Source: an uncultured bacterium (GTDB lineage: Bacteria > Fidelibacterota > UBA2242). From it: a stretch of DNA of 57,888 bases. The stretch is taken from NCBI GenBank assembly GCA_964485745.1, contig CAZAKO010000002.1:1-57888 (forward strand). Reading direction: 5' to 3'. The position numbers were made by a program, and so were the translations under genes. The notes under the pieces were generated by a model. That model was not told the origin of the DNA. It searched no databases and saw only the letters and a list, made by a program, of their open reading frames with translations. Position 1 is the first letter of the stretch; every line of letters begins with the position of its first letter. Of this stretch, positions 10,841 through 19,130 are shown piece by piece.

Positions 10841-12199
10841 TTATATTTTGCTTGAAACCCGCAAATCTTTGCGGCAGGCAACCGCCCCATAATAGGTAAT
10901 TACCATAAAGGCAATCAGCGGCACCCAGTAAGCCAGATTGATACTCCTGGCAGTGTCTGACACAATACCCTGAATTTGGGTCAAAACGGCTCCACCCAAA
11001 ATCGCCATGATTAATCCCGATCCACCCAGCTTGGTATCTTCCCCCAAACCCCGACAGGCCAGTCCAAAAATCGTCGGAAACATGAGCGACATGCAACCGG
11101 AAATACCAACCAATGCATACACACCGATCGGTCCACCGATGTAAATCACAGTTAATGTCAATCCCATTGCAAGGCTGGATAACGCGGTGAGCAAATTTGC
11201 CGGTGTAATATAGCGCATCAGCCCGGTGCATACAAACCGAGAGATGGCAAACAGGACCAGTGAAGCCATATAGTAGGTTGCGGCGATATTCTCGGGAGTT
11301 TTTCCTGCCGGAAGAATAATTGCCTCAAGTTTCAATTCCTGCATGGTATAACGAATCGTAAAAGACCAAACCCCGATTTGAGCGCCGACATAAAAAAACT
11401 GGGCGACAACACCCCACATGTAATGCCGGTTTCGCACCAACCGTTTGAAAGTAGCTCCCAAATTAAGCGGCCCACCGGCTTCGGCCGATTTGGGCATTTT
11501 GCGATTCGTGGCAATGAGAATCCAAGTGATAACCAGTATCAGACCGACGGCCACATAGGTCATGGTCACGGCATTGAGCTCTCCGGTTTGAATCGCCTTT
11601 AATTCCTGCGGGCTCATCGCTGCCCGTTCCAGCGCACTGGCTTTATTCAATTTGGAAAGAATAAAAAGCTTACTGACGAAAATACCCGTGATGGAACCAA
11701 TCGGATTAAAAGACTGGGCTAAATTCAAACGTCTGGTCCCGGTCTCCTCGGGTCCCATGGCAAGAATATAGGGATTGGCCGCCGTTTCCAGAATTGATAA
11801 TCCGCTGAAGAGAATCCAGATCGCGCCCAGAAAACAATAATAATTGGCGGTGAGCTTAGCTGGAAAAAAGAGAATAGCTCCAACTGAATACAGACCCAAA
11901 CCGAGCAATACTCCCGACTTGTAAGTATATTTTTTTATGTAAATCGCTGCAGGTACCGCGAGGAGACCATAACCCGCCCCGTAACACACAACCTGAATCA
12001 AGGCGGTCTTGGCGTCGGACATACTCATGATCCGCTTGAACGCCGCCAACAGTGTATCAGTCATATTATTGGCTACTCCCCACCAGGCAAAAAGACTGGT
12101 CAGCAGAATAAACGGCCAAAGAATTTCCCGGGGAACCAAGACCGGTTTCCGGCTCTCCACAGGAATTGAAGTATTAGAAGAAGCTGCAGTCATAATCAT
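10841..12199 (-). CDS. fucP: L-fucose:H+ symporter permease (MFS)
   Basis: Multi-pass membrane protein. The N-terminal 'FILLTSLFAWWGVANNMTDTLLAAFKRIMSMSD' is typical of FucP. Adjacent to GH95 and fucU. Confidence 0.85.
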   Translation of the reverse strand: MIMTAASSNTSIPVESRKPVLVPREILWPFILLTSLFAWWGVANNMTDTLLAAFKRIMSMSDAKTALIQVVCYGAGYGLLAVPAAIYIKKYTYKSGVLLGLGLYSVGAILFFPAKLTANYYCFLGAIWILFSGLSILETAANPYILAMGPEETGTRRLNLAQSFNPIGSITGIFVSKLFILSKLNKASALERAAMSPQELKAIQTGELNAVTMTYVAVGLILVITWILIATNRKMPKSAEAGGPLNLGATFKRLVRNRHYMWGVVAQFFYVGAQIGVWSFTIRYTMQELKLEAIILPAGKTPENIAATYYMASLVLFAISRFVCTGLMRYITPANLLTALSSLAMGLTLTVIYIGGPIGVYALVGISGCMSLMFPTIFGLACRGLGEDTKLGGSGLIMAILGGAVLTQIQGIVSDTARSINLAYWVPLIAFMVITYYGAVACRKDLRVSSKI

Positions 12200-12411
12200 A
12201 AACCTTTCTGTTAATCAACCATGGGTTTAGTGTCTCGACGGATAAATCAGTCGGTTGAAATCGAGAAGCAACCATTTTCTATTCGTTCAAATTTTTCAAT
12301 CCAAAATCCAATCCATTCAATAAAGATAAAGTGCCCAACTATTATTGCCCAGTCGAATGTATTGGAGGATACTGAAGTCATATTTTTTCTCTTTAATTTC
12401 CCAAAATAGTA

Positions 12412-12840
12412 CTAAATCACAACTCCTTTTTTCAAGATTATATTCGCATATAAGGCTGATTCACCCGTGGCGATGACGGCATAGGCTTTTCTGGCTCTTT
12501 CATAAAAAACGAACTTATCAAGATATTCAAATTCCTTAAAAGGTTCCTTGCTTTTAATAATGATTTTCCGGTATTCGTCCCAAATAACCGGTTTGTAAGA
12601 ATCACCCGGCATCACCGCCATTAATCCAACCGGGAATTCAACATAAGTATCCAGCGGCAAGAAGTTTAATATGGCTTTTAAAATTTCCGGAATTCCATGT
12701 CCATCCAGACGTACTAGCCTGTGAGCAATTGATGCAGCTGGAAAATTCCCATCGGCAATCACGATTTCATCACCATGTCCCATCTCCATTAGAATTTTAA
12801 GGAGATCGGGACTCAAAATATCAGGTATGTTCTTTAACAT
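12412..12840 (-). CDS. fucU: L-fucose mutarotase (RbsD/FucU family)
   Basis: 142 aa. 'ILMEMGHGDEIVIADGNFPA' is the FucU/RbsD signature. GGAGG lies 5 nt upstream of the ATG. Confidence 0.85.
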   Translation of the reverse strand: MLKNIPDILSPDLLKILMEMGHGDEIVIADGNFPAASIAHRLVRLDGHGIPEILKAILNFLPLDTYVEFPVGLMAVMPGDSYKPVIWDEYRKIIIKSKEPFKEFEYLDKFVFYERARKAYAVIATGESALYANIILKKGVVI

Positions 12841-12849
12841 TAAATCCTC

Positions 12850-13911
12850 CTATCGAATTTCTTCATCGAAGACCACGGCAACCTTGCCGCATTTCCCGCT
12901 TGCCATAAGTGCATAAGCATCGCTAACCTCATTCAGTTTGAACCGATGAGTAATAAGCGCTTCCGGCTTAATCTTCCAGCGAACCAATCGTTCGACTAAT
13001 TCCTCCATGCGCCAGATATTTGTCACCCATGAGCCATAAATCGTCTTTTGGTCGTGAATAATGTCTCTTGAAGGCTGAAACTCGCAGGTGCCACCTTCCC
13101 CGAGAAATACAATTTTGCCCCATTTGCGGGCGGCTTGGATGCAAGTGAGACGAGCCTTATTATTGGCCGAACAGTCAACTGACTTTTCCACCCCATTTCC
13201 CGAAGTCAAATCCCGGATTTGCGCGACATTATCTTCAGCAGCTTTAATTACCTTGTCAAAGAGTCCTGTATTCCGTGCAATCGTAATTCGTTCATCAATC
13301 ACTTCAATTCCATATATTTTCTGTGCACCCATCGCTTTAGACAACATCGCCGATGCTAATCCGAGCGGACCAAGACCGGTGATTAAGACCGCATCGTCCC
13401 CGCTAACGCCAATTTTTTCCAAACCTTCATAGACGGTTCCGAAGCCGCACGCCACCTGGGCTCCGTCGGAATAGCTGAGTTCATCCGGCAAATAAACCAG
13501 ATCTTTTTCTTCAGCCAGCAAGTACTCTGCCATACCACCATCCCGTTGCCAACCATAAGCTCGGCGGTACTCACTGGTGCACGAGATCATATAACCTCGT
13601 CGGCAGTCATTACAAACACCACAGCCGGAAATATGATAAACAATCACTCGGTCATCTTTCTTAAATCGGCGACATCCGGGACCCGCTTCGACAATCTGAC
13701 CGCACGGTTCGTGTCCGGCAATCATGCCCGGCTGATAGCCTTCCGGGCCTTTGCCTAAATGTTCATGATAGATACAGCGAATATCCGAACCGCAGATTGT
13801 GGATGATTTCATTTTGATTAATACTTCACCATGTTGAGGAACCGGAATTGCAAATTCCTTTAGCTCAACCGTACTGTTCCCGGGTAAGATTGCACCAATC
13901 ATTTTTTCCAT
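12850..13911 (-). CDS. Zinc-dependent medium-chain alcohol/polyol dehydrogenase
   Basis: Catalytic Zn ligands 'TICGSD' and 'GHEPCG'. Structural Zn cluster 'CGVCNDCRRGYMISC'. Rossmann motif 'GLGPLG'. Substrate unknown. Confidence 0.8.
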   Translation of the reverse strand: MEKMIGAILPGNSTVELKEFAIPVPQHGEVLIKMKSSTICGSDIRCIYHEHLGKGPEGYQPGMIAGHEPCGQIVEAGPGCRRFKKDDRVIVYHISGCGVCNDCRRGYMISCTSEYRRAYGWQRDGGMAEYLLAEEKDLVYLPDELSYSDGAQVACGFGTVYEGLEKIGVSGDDAVLITGLGPLGLASAMLSKAMGAQKIYGIEVIDERITIARNTGLFDKVIKAAEDNVAQIRDLTSGNGVEKSVDCSANNKARLTCIQAARKWGKIVFLGEGGTCEFQPSRDIIHDQKTIYGSWVTNIWRMEELVERLVRWKIKPEALITHRFKLNEVSDAYALMASGKCGKVAVVFDEEIR

Positions 13912-13944
13912 TATTCTCTCCCTACTTTCTTTAGATTATTTTTA

Positions 13945-14961
13945 TTATGAAACGATTTCCCCCTTTAAATCCCACAAGTCTTCCCAACTCTGGTTTTCTT
14001 TCCAGAGAAATACCTGTCCCTTAATTAGCCTGCAATTCCTATCAATTTTCGAAATCTCTTGCAGATCTTCATCGGTCAAATAAACCTTAACTGCCGCTTC
14101 AAGATTCTCATAAAAATGATTGACGGAAAACGGAATCGGAATTTGCCCGCGCTGAATTGCCCATTTAATGGCAACCTGAGCCGGAGTCACATTTAATCTA
14201 TCTGCAATTCTCGTTAGTACCTCATCTTCAAGGTCAACCGTATCTTCCGGCGTTCGATCGCGTGCAGGACGTCCCGGTGAACCAAGCGGGCAATAGGCAA
14301 TTGGCTGAATATTGTGATTTAGACAAAACTCGAATAATTCCGGCTGCTGAAAATGAGGGTGTAATTCCATTTCGTTGCCAACAGGTTTTATCCTTACATC
14401 TCTTAATAGCAGCTTCAACTTGGGAATCGTCATGTTGGATGTTCCAATATTTTTGACGAGACCCTCGTCAACCAGTTTCTCCATCTGGTGCCAGGTCTGC
14501 AGGTAATTTTCATGAATGTATGGTTTGGCGTTGGAGCTTCGTGAGGTCACTGCGCATTTTGGCGGATGAAAATTCGGGAAGGGCCAATGGACCAGATAGA
14601 GATCGAGATAATCAATTTGTAAATCTGCCAATGACTGGCGGCATGATTCGGCAACTTTGTCGTGCATATTATTCCAGACTTTCGAGGTAATCCACAAATC
14701 TTCGCGTTTAAGAAAACCGCTCTCGAAAATTTCTTTGAGAATACACCCGATGTTTTTTTCATTCCCATAAACCGAGGCACAGTCAATATGCCGGTAACCG
14801 GCATGGATTGCCTGCTCAACTGTTTCGGCAACAGTTTCCGCGGGGACCGAATCCGAGCCGAATGTCCCAAGTCCGATGCACGGAATTTTATCCCCTGTGG
14901 ATAGAGTAATTTTCGGAATCAGCTGCGGGTTTAGTTGTTTTGAAATGGCTTTGTTTTTCAT
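13945..14961 (-). CDS. Aldo-keto reductase (aldose-reductase-type AKR)
   Basis: 'IGLGTFG', then the catalytic tetrad context 'HIDCASVYGNE' (Asp, Tyr), 'ITSKVW' (Lys) and 'LVHWP' (His). Confidence 0.8.
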   Translation of the reverse strand: MKNKAISKQLNPQLIPKITLSTGDKIPCIGLGTFGSDSVPAETVAETVEQAIHAGYRHIDCASVYGNEKNIGCILKEIFESGFLKREDLWITSKVWNNMHDKVAESCRQSLADLQIDYLDLYLVHWPFPNFHPPKCAVTSRSSNAKPYIHENYLQTWHQMEKLVDEGLVKNIGTSNMTIPKLKLLLRDVRIKPVGNEMELHPHFQQPELFEFCLNHNIQPIAYCPLGSPGRPARDRTPEDTVDLEDEVLTRIADRLNVTPAQVAIKWAIQRGQIPIPFSVNHFYENLEAAVKVYLTDEDLQEISKIDRNCRLIKGQVFLWKENQSWEDLWDLKGEIVS

Positions 14962-15032
14962 TATATATTTCTCTTCTTAGTTACTGCTGAAATGATGCTT
15001 CTAATTCTGGATTTATAACCATCTTCCAACTC

Positions 15033-16658
15033 CTATTTGTGATTAGAAGTTAGCCAACCCGGACCTGTTCTAAACCAGTCGAAGTCAACATAGCCACCAA
15101 GTTCCTTTGTGGCATAATTAAAGAGGCAAAATTTGTTACCGGTAAAGATTTTGAGATTGAACTTCATATTCAGCTCATTCCCCAATTTAACAAATGATTG
15201 ATTGTCCAGGCTGTATGAGAACATAGCCGTGCCGGTCCCGGGCACTGCCTTTCCATCAAAATAGTGGGCAGCACCAGAACCATAAATCGCACTTGCGCGC
15301 AAATAGATTGTTGAGCCCTTCACTGCCTTAGAGTCAATTGTCTCACCGTTATTTACCATGATGATAAAATTCTTCCCATTCACTTTTTTTATTCCGATAT
15401 AAGCATAGGGATCTTGAAATATTGCCAATCCCGCAATGTCGCCGTCTTTCATTTTGCCGAAATTCATTTTAAGCGTAACAATCGAAGCCAACGTATCGGA
15501 ATAATAGGCAAACATCCGCTGTGTCAGGGTATTCCGGGCTTCCGGTAAAATATTGACGACCTTTGCAGTCCGGAGTCTTAAATAGCCAGGATTCTCACTC
15601 AATGACCATTTGGTTGAGTCCGGATTATGATTCCAGCCCCATTGCATGCCCAATGTCTTTTTATCAAATTCGTCCGACGTCGGTAAAACTTCAACTGAAT
15701 AAGTTTTACCAATATTCGGTTTCCTATAGGTGACAACAGCTCTGCCATCAACACCGACCATTGGCCAACCATCCTCCCAGGTAACCGGCTGTAAAGACGG
15801 AAAACGCCCGAATGGCCCGCTATCCACAAAGAGCATCGTCCACCATTCCCCGGTTTGGGTTTTTATCAGCGCTCCCTGGTGAATACCAAAATTAGGGCCA
15901 TGGTTTTTTTCACTCATTACCACTCTTTGTTCATAAGGACCATAAATGTTTTTCGAACGCAGCGCCACCTGGATACCATCCAAACCGCCGTAGGTACAAT
16001 ACAAATAATAATAGCCGTCAATTTTGTAAACATGCGTGCCTTCCAGACCTTTGCGAATATCTCCAGTATAGATCAGGGAATCTTTGCTGATCGGGGCGAA
16101 ATTTTGATCCAATTCGGTCATGCGGATTTCACTGTATCCATGGGCAACATAGATTCTGCCATCATCGTCAAAGAACAAGCCTGGGTCATAAAATCCCTTA
16201 GGCAAATGTTTGATTTGCCAGGGCCCTTCCGCTTTATCTGCCGAACATAGAAAACCACCTTCATCGAGCGTAATGAAGAGCAAATAAAATTTGCTATTAT
16301 GATATTTTAAACTGGTTGCCCATTGACCATGCCCGTACCGATTGCAGCCGTCAAGCTCGTAGCATTTATTAAAATCGAAGCGGGACACGGCATTACTGCA
16401 AAACTCCCAATTGACCAGGTCGGATGATTTTAAAATGGTCACACCGGGAAAAACGAACATGGTCGTTGATACAAAATAATAGGTATCATCTACCAGGATG
16501 ACATCCGGATCGGGAAAATCTGCCGCAATCACCGGATTTGTATAAGTGCCATCGCCGTTATCGCTATGAGTCTTTTGGGCATTTAAACCAGTTACTGATA
16601 CAAATAATATCAGACAAAGGAAAAATGCCCACATAATTGGAATATTTCTAATTCTCAT
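15033..16658 (-). CDS. GH43 beta-xylosidase/alpha-L-arabinofuranosidase with C-terminal concanavalin-like domain
   Basis: 'YTNPVIAADFPDPDVILVDDTYYFVSTT' and 'GTHVYKIDGYYYLY'. The C-terminal ~200 aa form a beta-sandwich. The start overlaps the upstream stop as ATGA (16655-16658). Confidence 0.85.
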   Translation of the reverse strand: MRIRNIPIMWAFFLCLILFVSVTGLNAQKTHSDNGDGTYTNPVIAADFPDPDVILVDDTYYFVSTTMFVFPGVTILKSSDLVNWEFCSNAVSRFDFNKCYELDGCNRYGHGQWATSLKYHNSKFYLLFITLDEGGFLCSADKAEGPWQIKHLPKGFYDPGLFFDDDGRIYVAHGYSEIRMTELDQNFAPISKDSLIYTGDIRKGLEGTHVYKIDGYYYLYCTYGGLDGIQVALRSKNIYGPYEQRVVMSEKNHGPNFGIHQGALIKTQTGEWWTMLFVDSGPFGRFPSLQPVTWEDGWPMVGVDGRAVVTYRKPNIGKTYSVEVLPTSDEFDKKTLGMQWGWNHNPDSTKWSLSENPGYLRLRTAKVVNILPEARNTLTQRMFAYYSDTLASIVTLKMNFGKMKDGDIAGLAIFQDPYAYIGIKKVNGKNFIIMVNNGETIDSKAVKGSTIYLRASAIYGSGAAHYFDGKAVPGTGTAMFSYSLDNQSFVKLGNELNMKFNLKIFTGNKFCLFNYATKELGGYVDFDWFRTGPGWLTSNHK

Positions 16659-19066
16659 TCTACCTCTTCAAAAATCATTTTGTCAAGATTAAGTAAATCA
16701 CCGTCAACAACCAGTTTCAGCACATGCTGACCGGCATCAAGTTTTACCGTCTTTTCAATCACTTCCCAATTTTGAAATCCAGCCGTATTGGGAATGGAAA
16801 TGATTCCCGTTTGGTCGACGCCATCACATTCGAGATGCAGTTTGCCGGTATCGTAAGCTGAGGCAATATAGAATGAAATCCGGTACGTTGCTGATTTATC
16901 TATTGTGACCGTATATGCCATCCAATCTCCGATATGAGTCCAACCGACATTGTACCCACCGGCAGCACATTTTTCAATATCCACACCTTGGTTTAGACGA
17001 TATTGCCCGCCTTCATTGTTATCATCTCTGTCATAATAAGCATCGCCCGGGCAGCCGGTATCGAAGTCTTCGGCTTCAATAGTTCCCGGAATCGTATGCA
17101 TCTTGAAAGCTGCCTGCTTAATCTCGCAAACCTCCAAGAGTTTCCATCCAAAGAAAGAACCTTTTCCCAAATCGAGTAATCCGGCTTTACTCCCTTTGGC
17201 CAGGCGAGTGTTGACGGCTAATATGAGATTTGGAAATTGTTTACTGGCAATTTTGAATAATCCCCCGCGTGCATCCTCAATTTTCCAATATTGATTATCC
17301 TTTCCGATAAAGTTTGAAACCTTAAGTTCTTGTTTCGAGATGCTACACTCGAGAACCTTTTTATTATTTTCACGATTCAGAATCTTATAAATACCTTTAC
17401 CGACACGTTCCAGCTTCCATTGGTTCGCAATATCTTTTCTCTTTCCTGTTAGGGTCAAATCTGAACCAAGCACCAAACTGCCTTCGTTTTCGGCCGGGAC
17501 GAGGTAATAATGTGGAGCACAGTTAAGATCAGCATACTTGTCAAGTGGCGGGATTTTACCATCGAAGCTAAGTTTTAGGACATATGCCATTTCTTCGAAA
17601 GAGCGCTCGGGTAAACCAACGATTAATCCTTTCGCCTCTTGCCTAAAGGTTAATGGCAGGTATTTTCCGGCGGCGCCATTGATCAGTTCGACCGATTTCA
17701 GGTTCTTGCCGCTGATTCTGTCGGACGACAATAATTTAAGTATTACTTCTTTCTGCCCTTGTTCCCAGCCGAGTAAAATTGCATACAGGGTGGTGTTGTC
17801 TTTTGACCTGGTATAGCGGATGTCTTGGGCAGTTCCTTCAACCGGAGCTCCCATGACACCATGAGCAGCTCCCATCTTTGTGGGACCCTCGCCACATTTT
17901 TCCCAGGCGCGGGTGGCATACACTGCTTCACCATATTTTTTGAGCCAGGCACCCATGTTAAGCAAAATGTCCTTCTGTTCCTGGGGTATTGTGCCGTCCG
18001 CTTTGGGAGAAATGTTGAGTATCATATTTCCGTTTTTGCTGATTCTATCCAAAAAGCTGTGAAGGATTTGTTGCTTGGAATAATATCCAAGCCCCTCGGT
18101 GTAGCACCAACTCGAGGAACTGACGGCATCATCGGTCAGCCAATAATTATCGGTAATGTCGGCAGGACCGCCACGCTCATAGTCCAAAACAGCGCATCTG
18201 GTATTCAAACCATCTTTAAATGTAGCCACTACTTCTTTATTCCATTCAACCGCTTGGTTATAATAGTAAGCCAAAAAGTCGAGCAGAACCGATTGTGAAA
18301 TAATATGCAAGTTGAAATCCTGGTAAATGATGTCAGGTTTATAGTTGTCTATAATTTCTTTATGCTTCGCCAACCAGAATGCTTCGTTTTTTTCTTTTCC
18401 CTGTTGTCCAAAAAGCATTTGCAGTTTTGGATCATCTAAATGAGGTACTGGCGCATAATATCCGGTGATGTTGTAGGCATGATGCATCGAAAGGAATATC
18501 CTCAGATTCTTTTTACGGAAGGCATCCGTTAACAGACCGACCAGATCGAGTTGCGGTCCCAGGTCCTTTGCATTCCAGGGATTTACCTTGCTGGCCCACA
18601 TCGAAAAGCCATCGTGGTGTTCGGCTACCGGTCCGGCAAATTTTGCTCCCGCATCGGCAAAGAGCTGCGCCCATTCGTCAGGATCGAATTGACCGCCTTC
18701 CGATTTAAGTTTCGGTGCAAACTGCACAAAATTGCCTTGCTTATCCTTCGCGCCAGTAATGAAGTTGTTGTAAGGCCATTGAGACGGGTCGCCATATATT
18801 TCGATATGGTGTTTATTTTCCGGCGATCCGTTGATATACATGCTACGCGGATACCATTCATTCGCAAACGCCGGGGCAGTATAAACTCCCCAGTGGAAAT
18901 AGATACCAAACTTGGCGTCTTTGAACCACTCCGGGACAGGGTTCACCTTTTCCAATGATTCAAAGGTGGGTTGGAAAGCTCGCTTTTGAGTTTGAGCTGG
19001 TACGTTCCCGGTTATCCCGGTGACAAGAAGAAATAGTAAAAAAGCATTCTTACTCCTCATAATCAT
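16655..19066 (-). CDS. GH29 alpha-L-fucosidase fused to a ricin-B-like lectin domain and a CBM6-like domain
   Basis: 'EWFKDAKFGIYFHWGVYTAPAFANEWYPRSMY' (GH29). The middle part 'QWKLERVGKGIYKILNRENNKKVLEC...QYWKIEDARGGLFKI' is ricin-type. The C-terminal 'IEAEDFD...GGYNVGWTHIGDWMAYTV...KLVVDGDLLNLDKMIF' is CBM6-like. GGGAGG is upstream of the ATG. Confidence 0.85.
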   Translation of the reverse strand: MIMRSKNAFLLFLLVTGITGNVPAQTQKRAFQPTFESLEKVNPVPEWFKDAKFGIYFHWGVYTAPAFANEWYPRSMYINGSPENKHHIEIYGDPSQWPYNNFITGAKDKQGNFVQFAPKLKSEGGQFDPDEWAQLFADAGAKFAGPVAEHHDGFSMWASKVNPWNAKDLGPQLDLVGLLTDAFRKKNLRIFLSMHHAYNITGYYAPVPHLDDPKLQMLFGQQGKEKNEAFWLAKHKEIIDNYKPDIIYQDFNLHIISQSVLLDFLAYYYNQAVEWNKEVVATFKDGLNTRCAVLDYERGGPADITDNYWLTDDAVSSSSWCYTEGLGYYSKQQILHSFLDRISKNGNMILNISPKADGTIPQEQKDILLNMGAWLKKYGEAVYATRAWEKCGEGPTKMGAAHGVMGAPVEGTAQDIRYTRSKDNTTLYAILLGWEQGQKEVILKLLSSDRISGKNLKSVELINGAAGKYLPLTFRQEAKGLIVGLPERSFEEMAYVLKLSFDGKIPPLDKYADLNCAPHYYLVPAENEGSLVLGSDLTLTGKRKDIANQWKLERVGKGIYKILNRENNKKVLECSISKQELKVSNFIGKDNQYWKIEDARGGLFKIASKQFPNLILAVNTRLAKGSKAGLLDLGKGSFFGWKLLEVCEIKQAAFKMHTIPGTIEAEDFDTGCPGDAYYDRDDNNEGGQYRLNQGVDIEKCAAGGYNVGWTHIGDWMAYTVTIDKSATYRISFYIASAYDTGKLHLECDGVDQTGIISIPNTAGFQNWEVIEKTVKLDAGQHVLKLVVDGDLLNLDKMIFEEVE

Positions 19067-19130
19067 TTTCCTCCCAAATTTTATTAAAAGTTAATCAAGC
19101 AAAACATGCTAAAAAATTAGTAGGGTTATG

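Noticed and set aside
10827-11231. 134-aa minus-strand ORF overlapping the 3' part of fucP.
   Set aside because: It is out of frame within the fucP membrane-protein gene, and its composition is not protein-like.
12221-12409. 62-aa plus-strand ORF filling the fucU-fucP intergenic gap.
   Set aside because: It has no SD and a low-complexity translation, and it runs opposite to every other gene. The region is better explained as regulatory non-coding DNA.
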